From an uncultured Chloroflexia bacterium (lineage in GTDB: Bacteria > Chloroflexota > Limnocylindria > Limnocylindrales > CSP1-4): DNA of 64,000 nt. Shown here in pieces: positions 46,410 through 55,102 of this stretch. Position 1 is the first letter of the stretch. Each line of letters starts with the position of its first letter. The notes beneath the pieces are model-generated. The model was not told where the DNA came from and did no database searches. It worked only from the letters and a program-made list of their open reading frames with translations. The stretch is from positions 289,617-353,616 of the forward strand of contig CAVQJC010000011.1 of assembly GCA_963712745.1 (NCBI GenBank), in the 5' to 3' direction. The position numbers were made by a program, and so were the translations under genes.

Positions 46410-49400
46410 ATGACTCAGCGGCAGCCCTCATCGCGGCGGGGTCAGGCGGACGTACGGCAGACGCGAACGGGCTCCGCCGCCAGCGGTCGGCGCGCGCCCC
46501 GACTGGCCACCTTCATGGTCGTCGACCTGGCCGGATCGGACGCCGTCCTGGCGGGGCTCGGTGAGGGCCGTGCGGAGGCTTCGCGCCCGGCCTACGTCAC
46601 GCTCCTGCGCAACGCGGTCGCGGCACACGAGGGGAGCGAGCTGGTGCTGCTGGACGACCGAGCGTTGGTCGCCTTCGCCACCCCCTCGTCGGCGGTGGCT
46701 TCCGCCGTCTCGATCCAGCGAGCGGCCGAGCGGCACAATCGGTCCCACGACGATCGGCTCGATCCCCGCATCGGCATCCAGTTGGGCGAAGCCACCGAGC
46801 CCGTCTTCGCCTCAGGAGGTGGCGAGTACGTCGCACAGCCCGCGATCCAGGCCCGCCAGCTGTGTGAGGCTGCGCTCGCCGGTCACATCCTGGTGTCTGA
46901 ATGGGTCTCCGCCCTGGCTCGGCCGGAGCCATCGCTCTCCTTCGAACGAGCTGGGCTGATCGACCTCTCCGGGGCCCCGGAGCCAGTACCGACGTTCGAG
47001 GTCCGATTCCAGGACGCCCCGGACCGCCGGCCCTCGCTCCCGCCCGAGCTCGCCGCCCGGCCCAGGGGTCGCTGTTCCTTCGTGGGGCGGTCGTCGGAGC
47101 GAGAGCGGTTGCGCGCCGTGTGGAAGGCGGCGGCTGGCGGCAGGCGCCGGCTGGTCTTCGCAGTGGGCGAGCCCGGCATCGGCAAGAGCCGTCTGGCGGC
47201 GGAGTTCGCCATCGAGGCACATGCTGACGGCGCGGTCGTGTTCTCCGGCCGCTCGTTCGAGGAATCGGTCGTCCCGTACCAGCCGTTCGTCGAGGCGCTG
47301 CGCCAGTACGTCAACGACTGCGACCCGGTCGAGCTCGAAGCGCAGCTCGGTGCCGATCCGTCACCGCTGGTCACGCTGCTCCCTGAGCTGGCGGCACGTC
47401 TGCCGGGCCACACGGAGCTGCAGGCTGCGGAGGGCGAGCGTCATCGGCTCTTCGATGCCGTGGCCACACTGCTCTCGACCGTCTCGACCTCCTCGCCCGT
47501 CCTGCTCGTACTCGACGACCTGCAGTGGGCCGATCCGGCCACGCTGCTCCTGCTCAAGCATGTCGTACTCGACCCGCGGCCGGCCTCGATGCTCATCCTC
47601 GGGCTCTATCGCGACACCGAGGTCGGCGAGTCGCATCCACTGGCCCGGCTGCAGGCCGACGTCGAGCGCGACTTCACCGTCGACCGAGTCACCCTCACCG
47701 GCCTTGCCGACGCCGACGTCGCGAGCATGCTCGACGAGATGTTCGGTTGGTCGCCGCCGGTCACGGTCGCCCACGGCCTGCGCGAGGAGACCGAGGGCAA
47801 CCCGTTCTTCCTGCAGGAGGTCATCCATCAGCTCCACGAGACCGGCATCGCGGACGACCGCGAACGCCTGCTGCGGGGGCACCTCGTCTCGGATGGGATG
47901 GGGGTTCCCGAGCGGGTCCGGGACTTCGTGGCCAGGCGCATGCAGCGGCTTTCGACAGGCGCGCTCGAGATCCTCGCGGTCGCGGCCGTGGTGGGCACGG
48001 AGTTCGGCCTCGACATCCTCGCTAGCGTCCTCTCGGCAGACCCCGACCGACTCGTCGACGATCTCGAGGAGGCCGTCGAGGCGCGGCTCGTGGTAGAGGT
48101 TCCCGGTCGGCTCGGCACGTACTCCTTCGCCCATGCATTCTTCCAGGGCGCTCTCCATGAACGTCAGGGCGCCAATCGGCGTGCGCTGCTCCACGCGCGT
48201 GTGGCTGAGGCCATCGAGGATCTGCAGCCCGATGACCCCACGACGCTCTCAGAACTCGCGCGCCACTACGCGTTGACCGCCGGTCGCTACGCGCAGAAGG
48301 TCGTCCACTACGGCGCGGCTGCCGGCGATCGTGCGTTCGCGCAGCTAGCCTTCGAGGACGCCATCGCGGAGTACACCCGTGCGCTCGACGCACTCCCGCT
48401 GGTGGCTACTGCCCCCGAGTCGACCCAGGCCAACCTGCTCGTGCGCTTGGGTGAAGCCCAGACGCGTGTCGGTGACGCCGCGGCGGCCAAGGGATACTTC
48501 CTCGCGGCGGCCGATCTCTGCGTCAGGGAGAACTCGTTCGAACCCCTCGCGCGCGCCGCACTGGGCTACGGGGGGACCGGCAAGTTCGGAGCGATCTTCG
48601 ACCCATTCGGAGTCGTCAACGAGACGCTGGTCGATCTGCTCGAGCACGCCATCGCGGCTTGCCCGAGTGGCCAGGAACACGACCGCGTCCGACTGCTGGG
48701 CTGGCTGGCCCAGGCGCTCTACTGGTCGGACCAGGACGAGCGCCGGCATGTGCTGAGCCAGGAGGCGCTCGACACCGCACGCCGGATCGGCGAGCCCGCG
48801 GTCATCGCCCACGCCCTCCACAGCCGGCATGTCGCGCTGTGGGGGCCCGGCCACCTGCCTGAGCTTCGGGCGGCCGCCGAGGAGATGCTCGCGCTAGGCC
48901 GGTCCCTGGGCGATCGCGACATCCAGCTGAAGGCCTACACCTGGCTCATCACCGACGCCCTGCAGACAGATCCCATCGAGGTCGTGGACGGGTACATCGC
49001 GGACTATGCGGGCCTCGCAGAGGAGTTGCATCGACCGTACTTGCTGGGGTACGCCGAATCGATGCGCGCGGCGCGAGCGCACCTGGAAGGGCGATTCGAC
49101 GACATGATGCGGTCGATGTCTGCGCAACTCGCGCACTCCGAGGGTGCCGATGCTGATCGCGCGCAGGAGGCCCATCGCTGGCAGATGGGACTGTTCATGC
49201 TGGACCTCGATCGTGTCGACGACGCCTTGATAGGCACCCTCGCGGAACAGAGTGCACGCTATCCGGGACTGACCTTCGACGTGATGCTGGCGCTGGCCTA
49301 CGCCATCGTCGACCTCCGCGAGGAAGCCTGGGTGAAGCTGGCCCGGCTGGCGCCCGAGGATCTGGCCTCGATCCCCAGGGACTGCATGTGGGCCGGCACG

Positions 49401-49841
49401 ATGGCCATGCTCTCGAGGGTCGTCTACAAGCTTGGGGCGGTCGAGTACGCGCGACCCCTCTACGACCTCTTGGCCCCCTACGCTGAGCGCAACAGCATCT
49501 GGGGTTCAGGATTCATCGTCTTTGGCCCCACCAGTCGGTTCCTGGGCCTGCTCGCGACCACCTTCGGCGAACCGGACCTGGCCATCCCTCGCCTCGAACA
49601 CGCGATCCAGCGCTGCCAGGACCTCCACTCGCCCCCACTGGCGGCACGAGTGAGGACCGACATGGCGAGAGCGTTCCTGGCACGTGGCGCCGACGGCGAC
49701 GTGGAGCGGGCCCGTCGGTCGCTCGAGGACGCCCGGCTCACCGCTGCGGAGCTTGGCTTGTCCGGCCTGGGACAGGAGGTAGTCGACCTCCTGTCGACTG
49801 CCACGCTGCCGGGCGCGCGCACGGCCTCGGATGCCACTTGA
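46410..49841 (+). CDS. STAND-type NTPase: class-III-cyclase-like domain + P-loop NTPase + TPR/helical-repeat region; no C-terminal HTH seen
   Basis: 'VVDLAGS...LLDDRALVAF...RIGIQLGEA' cyclase-homology layout. Walker A 'GEPGIGKSRL'. Walker B 'VLLVLDDLQWAD'. Long helical-repeat tail. Confidence 0.85.
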   Translation: MTQRQPSSRRGQADVRQTRTGSAASGRRAPRLATFMVVDLAGSDAVLAGLGEGRAEASRPAYVTLLRNAVAAHEGSELVLLDDRALVAFATPSSAVASAVSIQRAAERHNRSHDDRLDPRIGIQLGEATEPVFASGGGEYVAQPAIQARQLCEAALAGHILVSEWVSALARPEPSLSFERAGLIDLSGAPEPVPTFEVRFQDAPDRRPSLPPELAARPRGRCSFVGRSSERERLRAVWKAAAGGRRRLVFAVGEPGIGKSRLAAEFAIEAHADGAVVFSGRSFEESVVPYQPFVEALRQYVNDCDPVELEAQLGADPSPLVTLLPELAARLPGHTELQAAEGERHRLFDAVATLLSTVSTSSPVLLVLDDLQWADPATLLLLKHVVLDPRPASMLILGLYRDTEVGESHPLARLQADVERDFTVDRVTLTGLADADVASMLDEMFGWSPPVTVAHGLREETEGNPFFLQEVIHQLHETGIADDRERLLRGHLVSDGMGVPERVRDFVARRMQRLSTGALEILAVAAVVGTEFGLDILASVLSADPDRLVDDLEEAVEARLVVEVPGRLGTYSFAHAFFQGALHERQGANRRALLHARVAEAIEDLQPDDPTTLSELARHYALTAGRYAQKVVHYGAAAGDRAFAQLAFEDAIAEYTRALDALPLVATAPESTQANLLVRLGEAQTRVGDAAAAKGYFLAAADLCVRENSFEPLARAALGYGGTGKFGAIFDPFGVVNETLVDLLEHAIAACPSGQEHDRVRLLGWLAQALYWSDQDERRHVLSQEALDTARRIGEPAVIAHALHSRHVALWGPGHLPELRAAAEEMLALGRSLGDRDIQLKAYTWLITDALQTDPIEVVDGYIADYAGLAEELHRPYLLGYAESMRAARAHLEGRFDDMMRSMSAQLAHSEGADADRAQEAHRWQMGLFMLDLDRVDDALIGTLAEQSARYPGLTFDVMLALAYAIVDLREEAWVKLARLAPEDLASIPRDCMWAGTMAMLSRVVYKLGAVEYARPLYDLLAPYAERNSIWGSGFIVFGPTSRFLGLLATTFGEPDLAIPRLEHAIQRCQDLHSPPLAARVRTDMARAFLARGADGDVERARRSLEDARLTAAELGLSGLGQEVVDLLSTATLPGARTASDAT

Positions 49842-49866
49842 GCGGCGACGAGGAGCGGGCTAGGCT
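49838..49866 (+). promoter_or_regulatory. Candidate promoter TTGAGC-N17-TAGGCT for the second STAND gene; the -35 overlaps the stop codon of the first
   Basis: Same hexamers and spacing as 46346..46374. GAGGGAGGG SD before ATG 49904. Confidence 0.45.
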
Positions 49867-49903
49867 GGCACTCACGCGGGACGCTACGTGCGAGGGAGGG
49901 CGG

Positions 49904-52900
49904 ATGACGCCGAGGCAGCCCCGGTTCGATGTCGATGAGGCCGATCTACCGTCGGCTGAACCTGCATCCCTGGGCGACGGTCACGGGCCATCCCAGCTGG
50001 TCACCTGCCTGGTCATCGACCTCGCCGAGTCGAACGCGGTCCTTGAGCGGCTCGGCGAGGGGCGTGGGGATGCCTCGCGTAGCGCATACCCGACGCTTCT
50101 GCGCAACGCTCTTGTCGCTCAGCATGGCCGGGAGCTTTCACGCCGCGACGATCGCGTGCTGGCTGCGTTCGACGTGCCTACGGAGGCCGTGGCCTGTGCC
50201 GTGGCCGTGGTGCGCTCAGCCGAGCGGCACAACCGGCGGCAGGCTGGCAGGCTCGACGTCCGCGTCGGGATCCAGATCGGCGAAGCTGACGAAGCGGCGT
50301 TGACCTCCGAGCGCGGCGACCTCATCGCTCGTCCCGCGATACAAGCAGCGCAATTGTGCGCTGCAGCCGCCGACGGCCAGATCCTGGTCTCCGATCTGGT
50401 GGCGGTCCTGACCCGCGCCGACTTGTCCATCCGCTTCGAGCGCGCCGGCCTCCTCGACATCGCCGAGGCGACCGATCCGTTGCCCACCTTCGAGGTGGTC
50501 CACCGCGAGCTTCCCAGCGACCGCCCGCCGTTGCCGCCGGGGCTGGCTGCGCGGCCCTCCGGCCGCTGTTCGTTCGTGGGCCGCGGAGCGGAGCGCGAAC
50601 ACCTGTTGAGGCTGTGGGCCGCGGCCGCCGACGGCGAGCGCCGCCTGGTCTTCGCGCTGGGCGAGCCCGGCATCGGCAAGAGCCGTCTGGCGGCCGAGTT
50701 CGCGGCCGAAGCGCACGCCGACGGGGCCGTCGTACTCTCCGGCCGCTCGTTCGAGGAGTCGATCGTCCCCTACCAGCCATTCGTCGAGGCCCTGCGTCAG
50801 TACGTCGCCGACTGCGATCCTGCCGGGCTCGAGGCACAGCTGAGCCCCGACCCGACCGCGCTCCTGACGCTCGTGCCGGAGCTCGCGGCTCGCATCCCGT
50901 CGCCCGCGACCCGCGAAACGAACGAGGGCGATCGCTACCGGCTATTCGATGCGGTCGCCGCCTTGCTCTCGACCATCTCCGTCAGTTCGCCGGTGCTGCT
51001 CGTGCTCGACGACCTGCAGTGGGCCGATCCGGCCACACTGCTCCTGCTCAAGCACATCGCGCTCGATCCACGCCCCGCCTCGATGCTCATCCTTGGGCTC
51101 TACCGCGACACCGAGGTCGGGATGTCGCACCCGCTGACCCAGCTGCAGGCCGACGTCGAGCGGGATCTCGCCATCGACCGCGTCTCGCTGGCCGGCCTTG
51201 CCGACGCCGACGTCGCCAGCATGCTCGACGAGATGATCGGCTGGTCACCACCATCAGCCGTGGCCCGTGGGCTACGCGAAGAGACCGAGGGCAATCCGTT
51301 CTTCCTGCAGGAGGTCATCCACCAGCTCGACGAGTCGGGTATCACGACCGACCGCGAACGCCTGCTTCGCGGGCACCTCGTCTCGGGGGGGCTCGAGGTA
51401 CCCGATCGCGTCCGGGACTTCGTCGCCCGGCGCCTGCAGCGTCTTGCGCCCGCTGCGCTCGAGATCCTCGGCGCGGCCGCGATTGTGGGCACGGAGTTCA
51501 GCCTCGACGTCCTTGCACGGGTGCTGGTGGCCGATCCGAGCCGACTCGTCGACGACCTCGAGGAGGCCGTGGAGGCACGCCTGGTCATCGAGATCCCCGG
51601 TCGCGCCGGCACGTACGCCTTCACGCATGCGCTCTTCCAGCAGACGCTCCACGACCGGCACGGCAGCAACCGACGGGCCTCGCTCCATGCGCGCGTGGCC
51701 GATGCCATCGAGACGCTGCACCCGGACGATCCATCGGCGCTGTCGGACCTGGCCCGGCACTACGCACTGACCGCCGGACGCTACGCGGAGAAGGTCGTCC
51801 TCTACGGTGCAGCGGCTGGTGACCGCGCCTTCGCGCAGCTGGCGTACGAAGATGCGCTACAGGAGTACGGCCGGGCGCTCGACGCGCTTCCGCTGGTGGC
51901 TTCGGCCGACGAGCTGACAAAGGCTGACCTGCTGGTGCGTCTGGGTGAGGCCCAGACGCGTGTCGGCGACGCGGCAGCTGCCAAGCGGTCCTTCCTCGCG
52001 GCCGCCGAACACTGCGTCGACGAGGGCTCGTCCAGCATCCTCGCTCGGGCTGCACTGGGCTACGGGGGCACCGGCAAGTTCGGCGGCATCTTCGATTCCT
52101 TCCAGGTGGTCAACGAGACCCTGGTGGGTCTGCTCGAGCGTGCCATCGAGGCCTGTCCGCACGACGAGCAAGCCACACGCGTCCGACTGCTGGGACGCCT
52201 GGCACAGGCGCTGTACTGGTCGGACGACCGGGAGCGCATGCTCACGCTGAGCCAGGAGGCACTCGACTCCGCTCGCTGCATCGGCGACCCTACGGTCATC
52301 GCTCATGCCCTCCACAGCCGCCATGTCGCGCTGTGGCATCCCGACCACCTCCCGCAGATCCGCGCGGCTGCCGAGGAGATGCTCGCGCTGGGCGAGTCGG
52401 AGGGCGACCGGGACATCCAGCTGAAGGCCTACACCTGGCTCATCACCGACGCCTTGGAGACCGATCCATTCGAGGTCGTGGACCAGTACGTCGCGGGCTA
52501 TGTCGGGCTTGCCGAGGAGCTCCACCGGCCCTACCTGCTTGGATACGCGGACGCCATCCGCGCAGCACGCGCACATCTCGAGGGTCGTTTCGACGAGATG
52601 GCCCGGCTGATGGGCGCCCAGCTCGCCCATACCGATGGGGCCTACGCGCGCCGCGCGAAGGAGGCGCACCGCTGGCAGCTGGGGTTGCTCCTGCTGGACA
52701 TCGGTCGTGTCGACGATGCCCTGATCGTCGAGCTCTCCGAGCGTGCGGCCCGTCACCCGGGGCCCACGTTCAGGGCGATGCTGGCGTTGGCCTACGCTAC
52801 AGTGGACCGCCGGGACGAAGCCGCCGCGGAGCTGGCCGGGTTGGCCAACGGAGACCTTGGCTCGATCGCGAGGGATTGCATGTGGGCAGCCACGCTGGCC

Positions 52901-53329
52901 ATGCTTGCGCGGGTCGTCTCTAGGCTCGAGGCGGTCGAGCACGCCCGTTCCCTGTACGACCTGCTTGCGCCCTATGCCGACCGCAACTGCCTGTGGGGCT
53001 CCGGGTTCATGATCCTGGGACCCATCAGCCGCTATCTGGGCAGGCTGGCCACGACATTCGGCGAGCCCGACCAGGCTCTGGCGCACCTCGAGCATGCACT
53101 TGGACGCTGCCACGAACTGGGCTCGCCTCCGCTGATCGCGAGGACGAAGGTCTCGATGGCGCGGGCGCTGTCACGACGCGGCCTCGAAGGCGATGAGGCG
53201 CGCGCGCGCATCCTGCTCGCGGAAGCGAGCCGTAGTGCTTCCGAGATGGGGATGCCCGGGCTGGCCGATAGTTGCAGGCAAGTGTTCGCGGAGATCGGAC
53301 CCCGCGTGAGCGAGGCCCCAGCCCGATGA
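49904..53329 (+). CDS. STAND-type NTPase paralog (cyclase-like + P-loop + TPR)
   Basis: Colinear with 46410..49841 and highly similar by eye (for example SRLAAEFA.EAHADGAVV.SGRSFEES.VPYQPFVEALRQYV). Same Walker motifs. Confidence 0.85.
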   Translation: MTPRQPRFDVDEADLPSAEPASLGDGHGPSQLVTCLVIDLAESNAVLERLGEGRGDASRSAYPTLLRNALVAQHGRELSRRDDRVLAAFDVPTEAVACAVAVVRSAERHNRRQAGRLDVRVGIQIGEADEAALTSERGDLIARPAIQAAQLCAAAADGQILVSDLVAVLTRADLSIRFERAGLLDIAEATDPLPTFEVVHRELPSDRPPLPPGLAARPSGRCSFVGRGAEREHLLRLWAAAADGERRLVFALGEPGIGKSRLAAEFAAEAHADGAVVLSGRSFEESIVPYQPFVEALRQYVADCDPAGLEAQLSPDPTALLTLVPELAARIPSPATRETNEGDRYRLFDAVAALLSTISVSSPVLLVLDDLQWADPATLLLLKHIALDPRPASMLILGLYRDTEVGMSHPLTQLQADVERDLAIDRVSLAGLADADVASMLDEMIGWSPPSAVARGLREETEGNPFFLQEVIHQLDESGITTDRERLLRGHLVSGGLEVPDRVRDFVARRLQRLAPAALEILGAAAIVGTEFSLDVLARVLVADPSRLVDDLEEAVEARLVIEIPGRAGTYAFTHALFQQTLHDRHGSNRRASLHARVADAIETLHPDDPSALSDLARHYALTAGRYAEKVVLYGAAAGDRAFAQLAYEDALQEYGRALDALPLVASADELTKADLLVRLGEAQTRVGDAAAAKRSFLAAAEHCVDEGSSSILARAALGYGGTGKFGGIFDSFQVVNETLVGLLERAIEACPHDEQATRVRLLGRLAQALYWSDDRERMLTLSQEALDSARCIGDPTVIAHALHSRHVALWHPDHLPQIRAAAEEMLALGESEGDRDIQLKAYTWLITDALETDPFEVVDQYVAGYVGLAEELHRPYLLGYADAIRAARAHLEGRFDEMARLMGAQLAHTDGAYARRAKEAHRWQLGLLLLDIGRVDDALIVELSERAARHPGPTFRAMLALAYATVDRRDEAAAELAGLANGDLGSIARDCMWAATLAMLARVVSRLEAVEHARSLYDLLAPYADRNCLWGSGFMILGPISRYLGRLATTFGEPDQALAHLEHALGRCHELGSPPLIARTKVSMARALSRRGLEGDEARARILLAEASRSASEMGMPGLADSCRQVFAEIGPRVSEAPAR

Positions 53330-54936
53330 GCGAGTCTGGAGCGGCGGGCGCCGCACTCACCATCGCGGACGAGGTGGAGCGCATCGCACCAGGCGCGACC
53401 TGGCGGGAGCTGTGCCGATGGCCGCCCGACGTCTTCGCAGCCACCGGTTCGATCCTGGCGGACTCGGGCGCCTACCGCAGCGTTGTCTGCCCACCGGAGG
53501 GGAGGTCTTGGCCGCCGCCGATCGATGGCGATGGCGAGACGGAGTGGGAGCGGGCGATCCCGCGCGCGGGTGGCGAGTGGGCCGAGTGGTCCTCGGCGTC
53601 GGAGCTCATCGGCGATCCGCCGGCGCCTGTGGACCGGTTCGTCACTGCCCTTGACGCGGCCGGCGACACGCCCATCACTGAGCTCGACGAGCCGCCCAGC
53701 TGGGAGACGGTGACGGCGCTGTTCGGTCTCCATGCCATGGCCGACGAGGCCAGTGCCGGGGCTGGTCTCGACTCGGCCACGAAGTTCCAAAGAGTGGCCC
53801 TCGAGACGCTCGAGGCGACCGGCTCGCTCTCGCGCCTGCCCACCGATCGCGTGCGCGTGCTGCCCAAGCTCAGGCCCCCCGAATCCGGGATCACGCTGCG
53901 CTCGATCTCTCACAACCTTGCGCTCGATCGTTCGGAGGTGCGCACTACCTGGCTGCGGGCACCGGCACCACGGTCCAACGCTCCGGCCTCACAACGTGGT
54001 CGTCTGACGCTCCTGCTCGTGCCTTTCCCGTCCAACGTGCATGCCAATGACTTCCGTCCCGTCCGCGGTCCGCTGCTGAACATGGACAGCAGCCGCTACG
54101 GCTTCTTCGAGTACGCTCCCACCGAGCCGCTCGACCTCGAACGCATCATCGCTCTGGTGAGGTCCGCGCAGCTGCGTGTCGGTGCCATCGACGCGGTCGT
54201 GCTGCCGGAGGCCGCCCTCGACGAATCGGTCGTGGCGGATCTCCAGGAGCTCGTGTGCGGGGTCGGAGTCCCATATCTCATCGCCGGCGTCCGCCGGGCG
54301 GCGACCGAGGACGAGCCGTTCGCCACGAACTACGCCTACTTTGGTGGCGCCGGCTGGCACGCGGCCCAGCACAAGCACCACCGCTGGTGCCTGGACCCGA
54401 CCCAGGTGCACCAGTACCACCTTGGCGCGGCGCTCGAGCCGAACCACCGCTGGTGGGAGGCCATCCGCATCCAGCGGCGGAGTCTCAACTTCATCACCAC
54501 CGCCGAGCCTGAGGGCCTGACCATCTGCCCGCTCGTGTGCGAGGACCTCGCGCGGCCGGACCCGGTAACCGACGTCATCCGGGCAGTGGCGCCGACGCTG
54601 GTGGTCGGGCTCCTGCTCGATGGGCCGCAGCTGGTGGCTCGCTGGCCGGCACGCTACGCCAGCGTGCTCGCGGACGACCCGGGCAGCTCAGTGCTGACGC
54701 TGACCGCGCTGGGCATGGCCTGGCGCAGCCAGCCGTCGGGCTTCGACGCATCCCGCGTCATCGCCCTGTGGAAGGACCCGCACCGCGGCCTCCAGCAGAT
54801 CGCCCTCGCTCGGGATGCGCGAGCGGTAGCGTTGACCGCGCACCGCCGTGAGGTGGAGGTGGTCTCGGCCGACGGACGTACGAGCTCGCATCCGGTCTCC
54901 GAGCTGGTCCTGTCGGGGCTGGAGCAGATCGATTGA
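53326..54936 (+). CDS. Hypothetical protein (536 aa), translationally coupled to the STAND paralog; the C-terminal half has a possible nitrilase/C-N-hydrolase-like Glu-Lys-Cys pattern
   Basis: ATGA start/stop overlap at 53326-53329. G/C-rich third positions. Segments 'IDAVVLPEAAL', 'AQHKHHRW', 'GLTICPLVCEDL'. The functional guess is weak. Confidence 0.6.
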   Translation: MSESGAAGAALTIADEVERIAPGATWRELCRWPPDVFAATGSILADSGAYRSVVCPPEGRSWPPPIDGDGETEWERAIPRAGGEWAEWSSASELIGDPPAPVDRFVTALDAAGDTPITELDEPPSWETVTALFGLHAMADEASAGAGLDSATKFQRVALETLEATGSLSRLPTDRVRVLPKLRPPESGITLRSISHNLALDRSEVRTTWLRAPAPRSNAPASQRGRLTLLLVPFPSNVHANDFRPVRGPLLNMDSSRYGFFEYAPTEPLDLERIIALVRSAQLRVGAIDAVVLPEAALDESVVADLQELVCGVGVPYLIAGVRRAATEDEPFATNYAYFGGAGWHAAQHKHHRWCLDPTQVHQYHLGAALEPNHRWWEAIRIQRRSLNFITTAEPEGLTICPLVCEDLARPDPVTDVIRAVAPTLVVGLLLDGPQLVARWPARYASVLADDPGSSVLTLTALGMAWRSQPSGFDASRVIALWKDPHRGLQQIALARDARAVALTAHRREVEVVSADGRTSSHPVSELVLSGLEQID

Positions 54937-54950
54937 CTGCCCGCAGGCCA

Positions 54951-54984
54951 GTCGAGTTCGGACACCCGGTGACCGGCTGGTCGG
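54951..54984 (+). repeat. Right copy of the 34-bp imperfect direct repeat
   Basis: GTCGAGTTCGGACACCCGGTGACCGGCTGGTCGG. It starts 15 nt after the stop of CDS 53326..54936. Confidence 0.85.
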
Positions 54985-55078
54985 GCGACCGGCCACGTGC
55001 CCTGAGAAGACTCCCCGCGTCCGAGACAGGGAGGGGCGGCGCCCGTGGGTCCGGGAGCCGCCTGGAGGAGGTCGCATA

Positions 55079-55094
55079 GGGGCGTTGGCGCCCC
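55079..55094. terminator. GC hairpin GGGGCG-TTGG-CGCCCC between convergent genes; possible bidirectional terminator
   Basis: Read from the sequence. No clear U-tract. Confidence 0.3.
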
Positions 55095-55102
55095 GGCATG
55101 CC

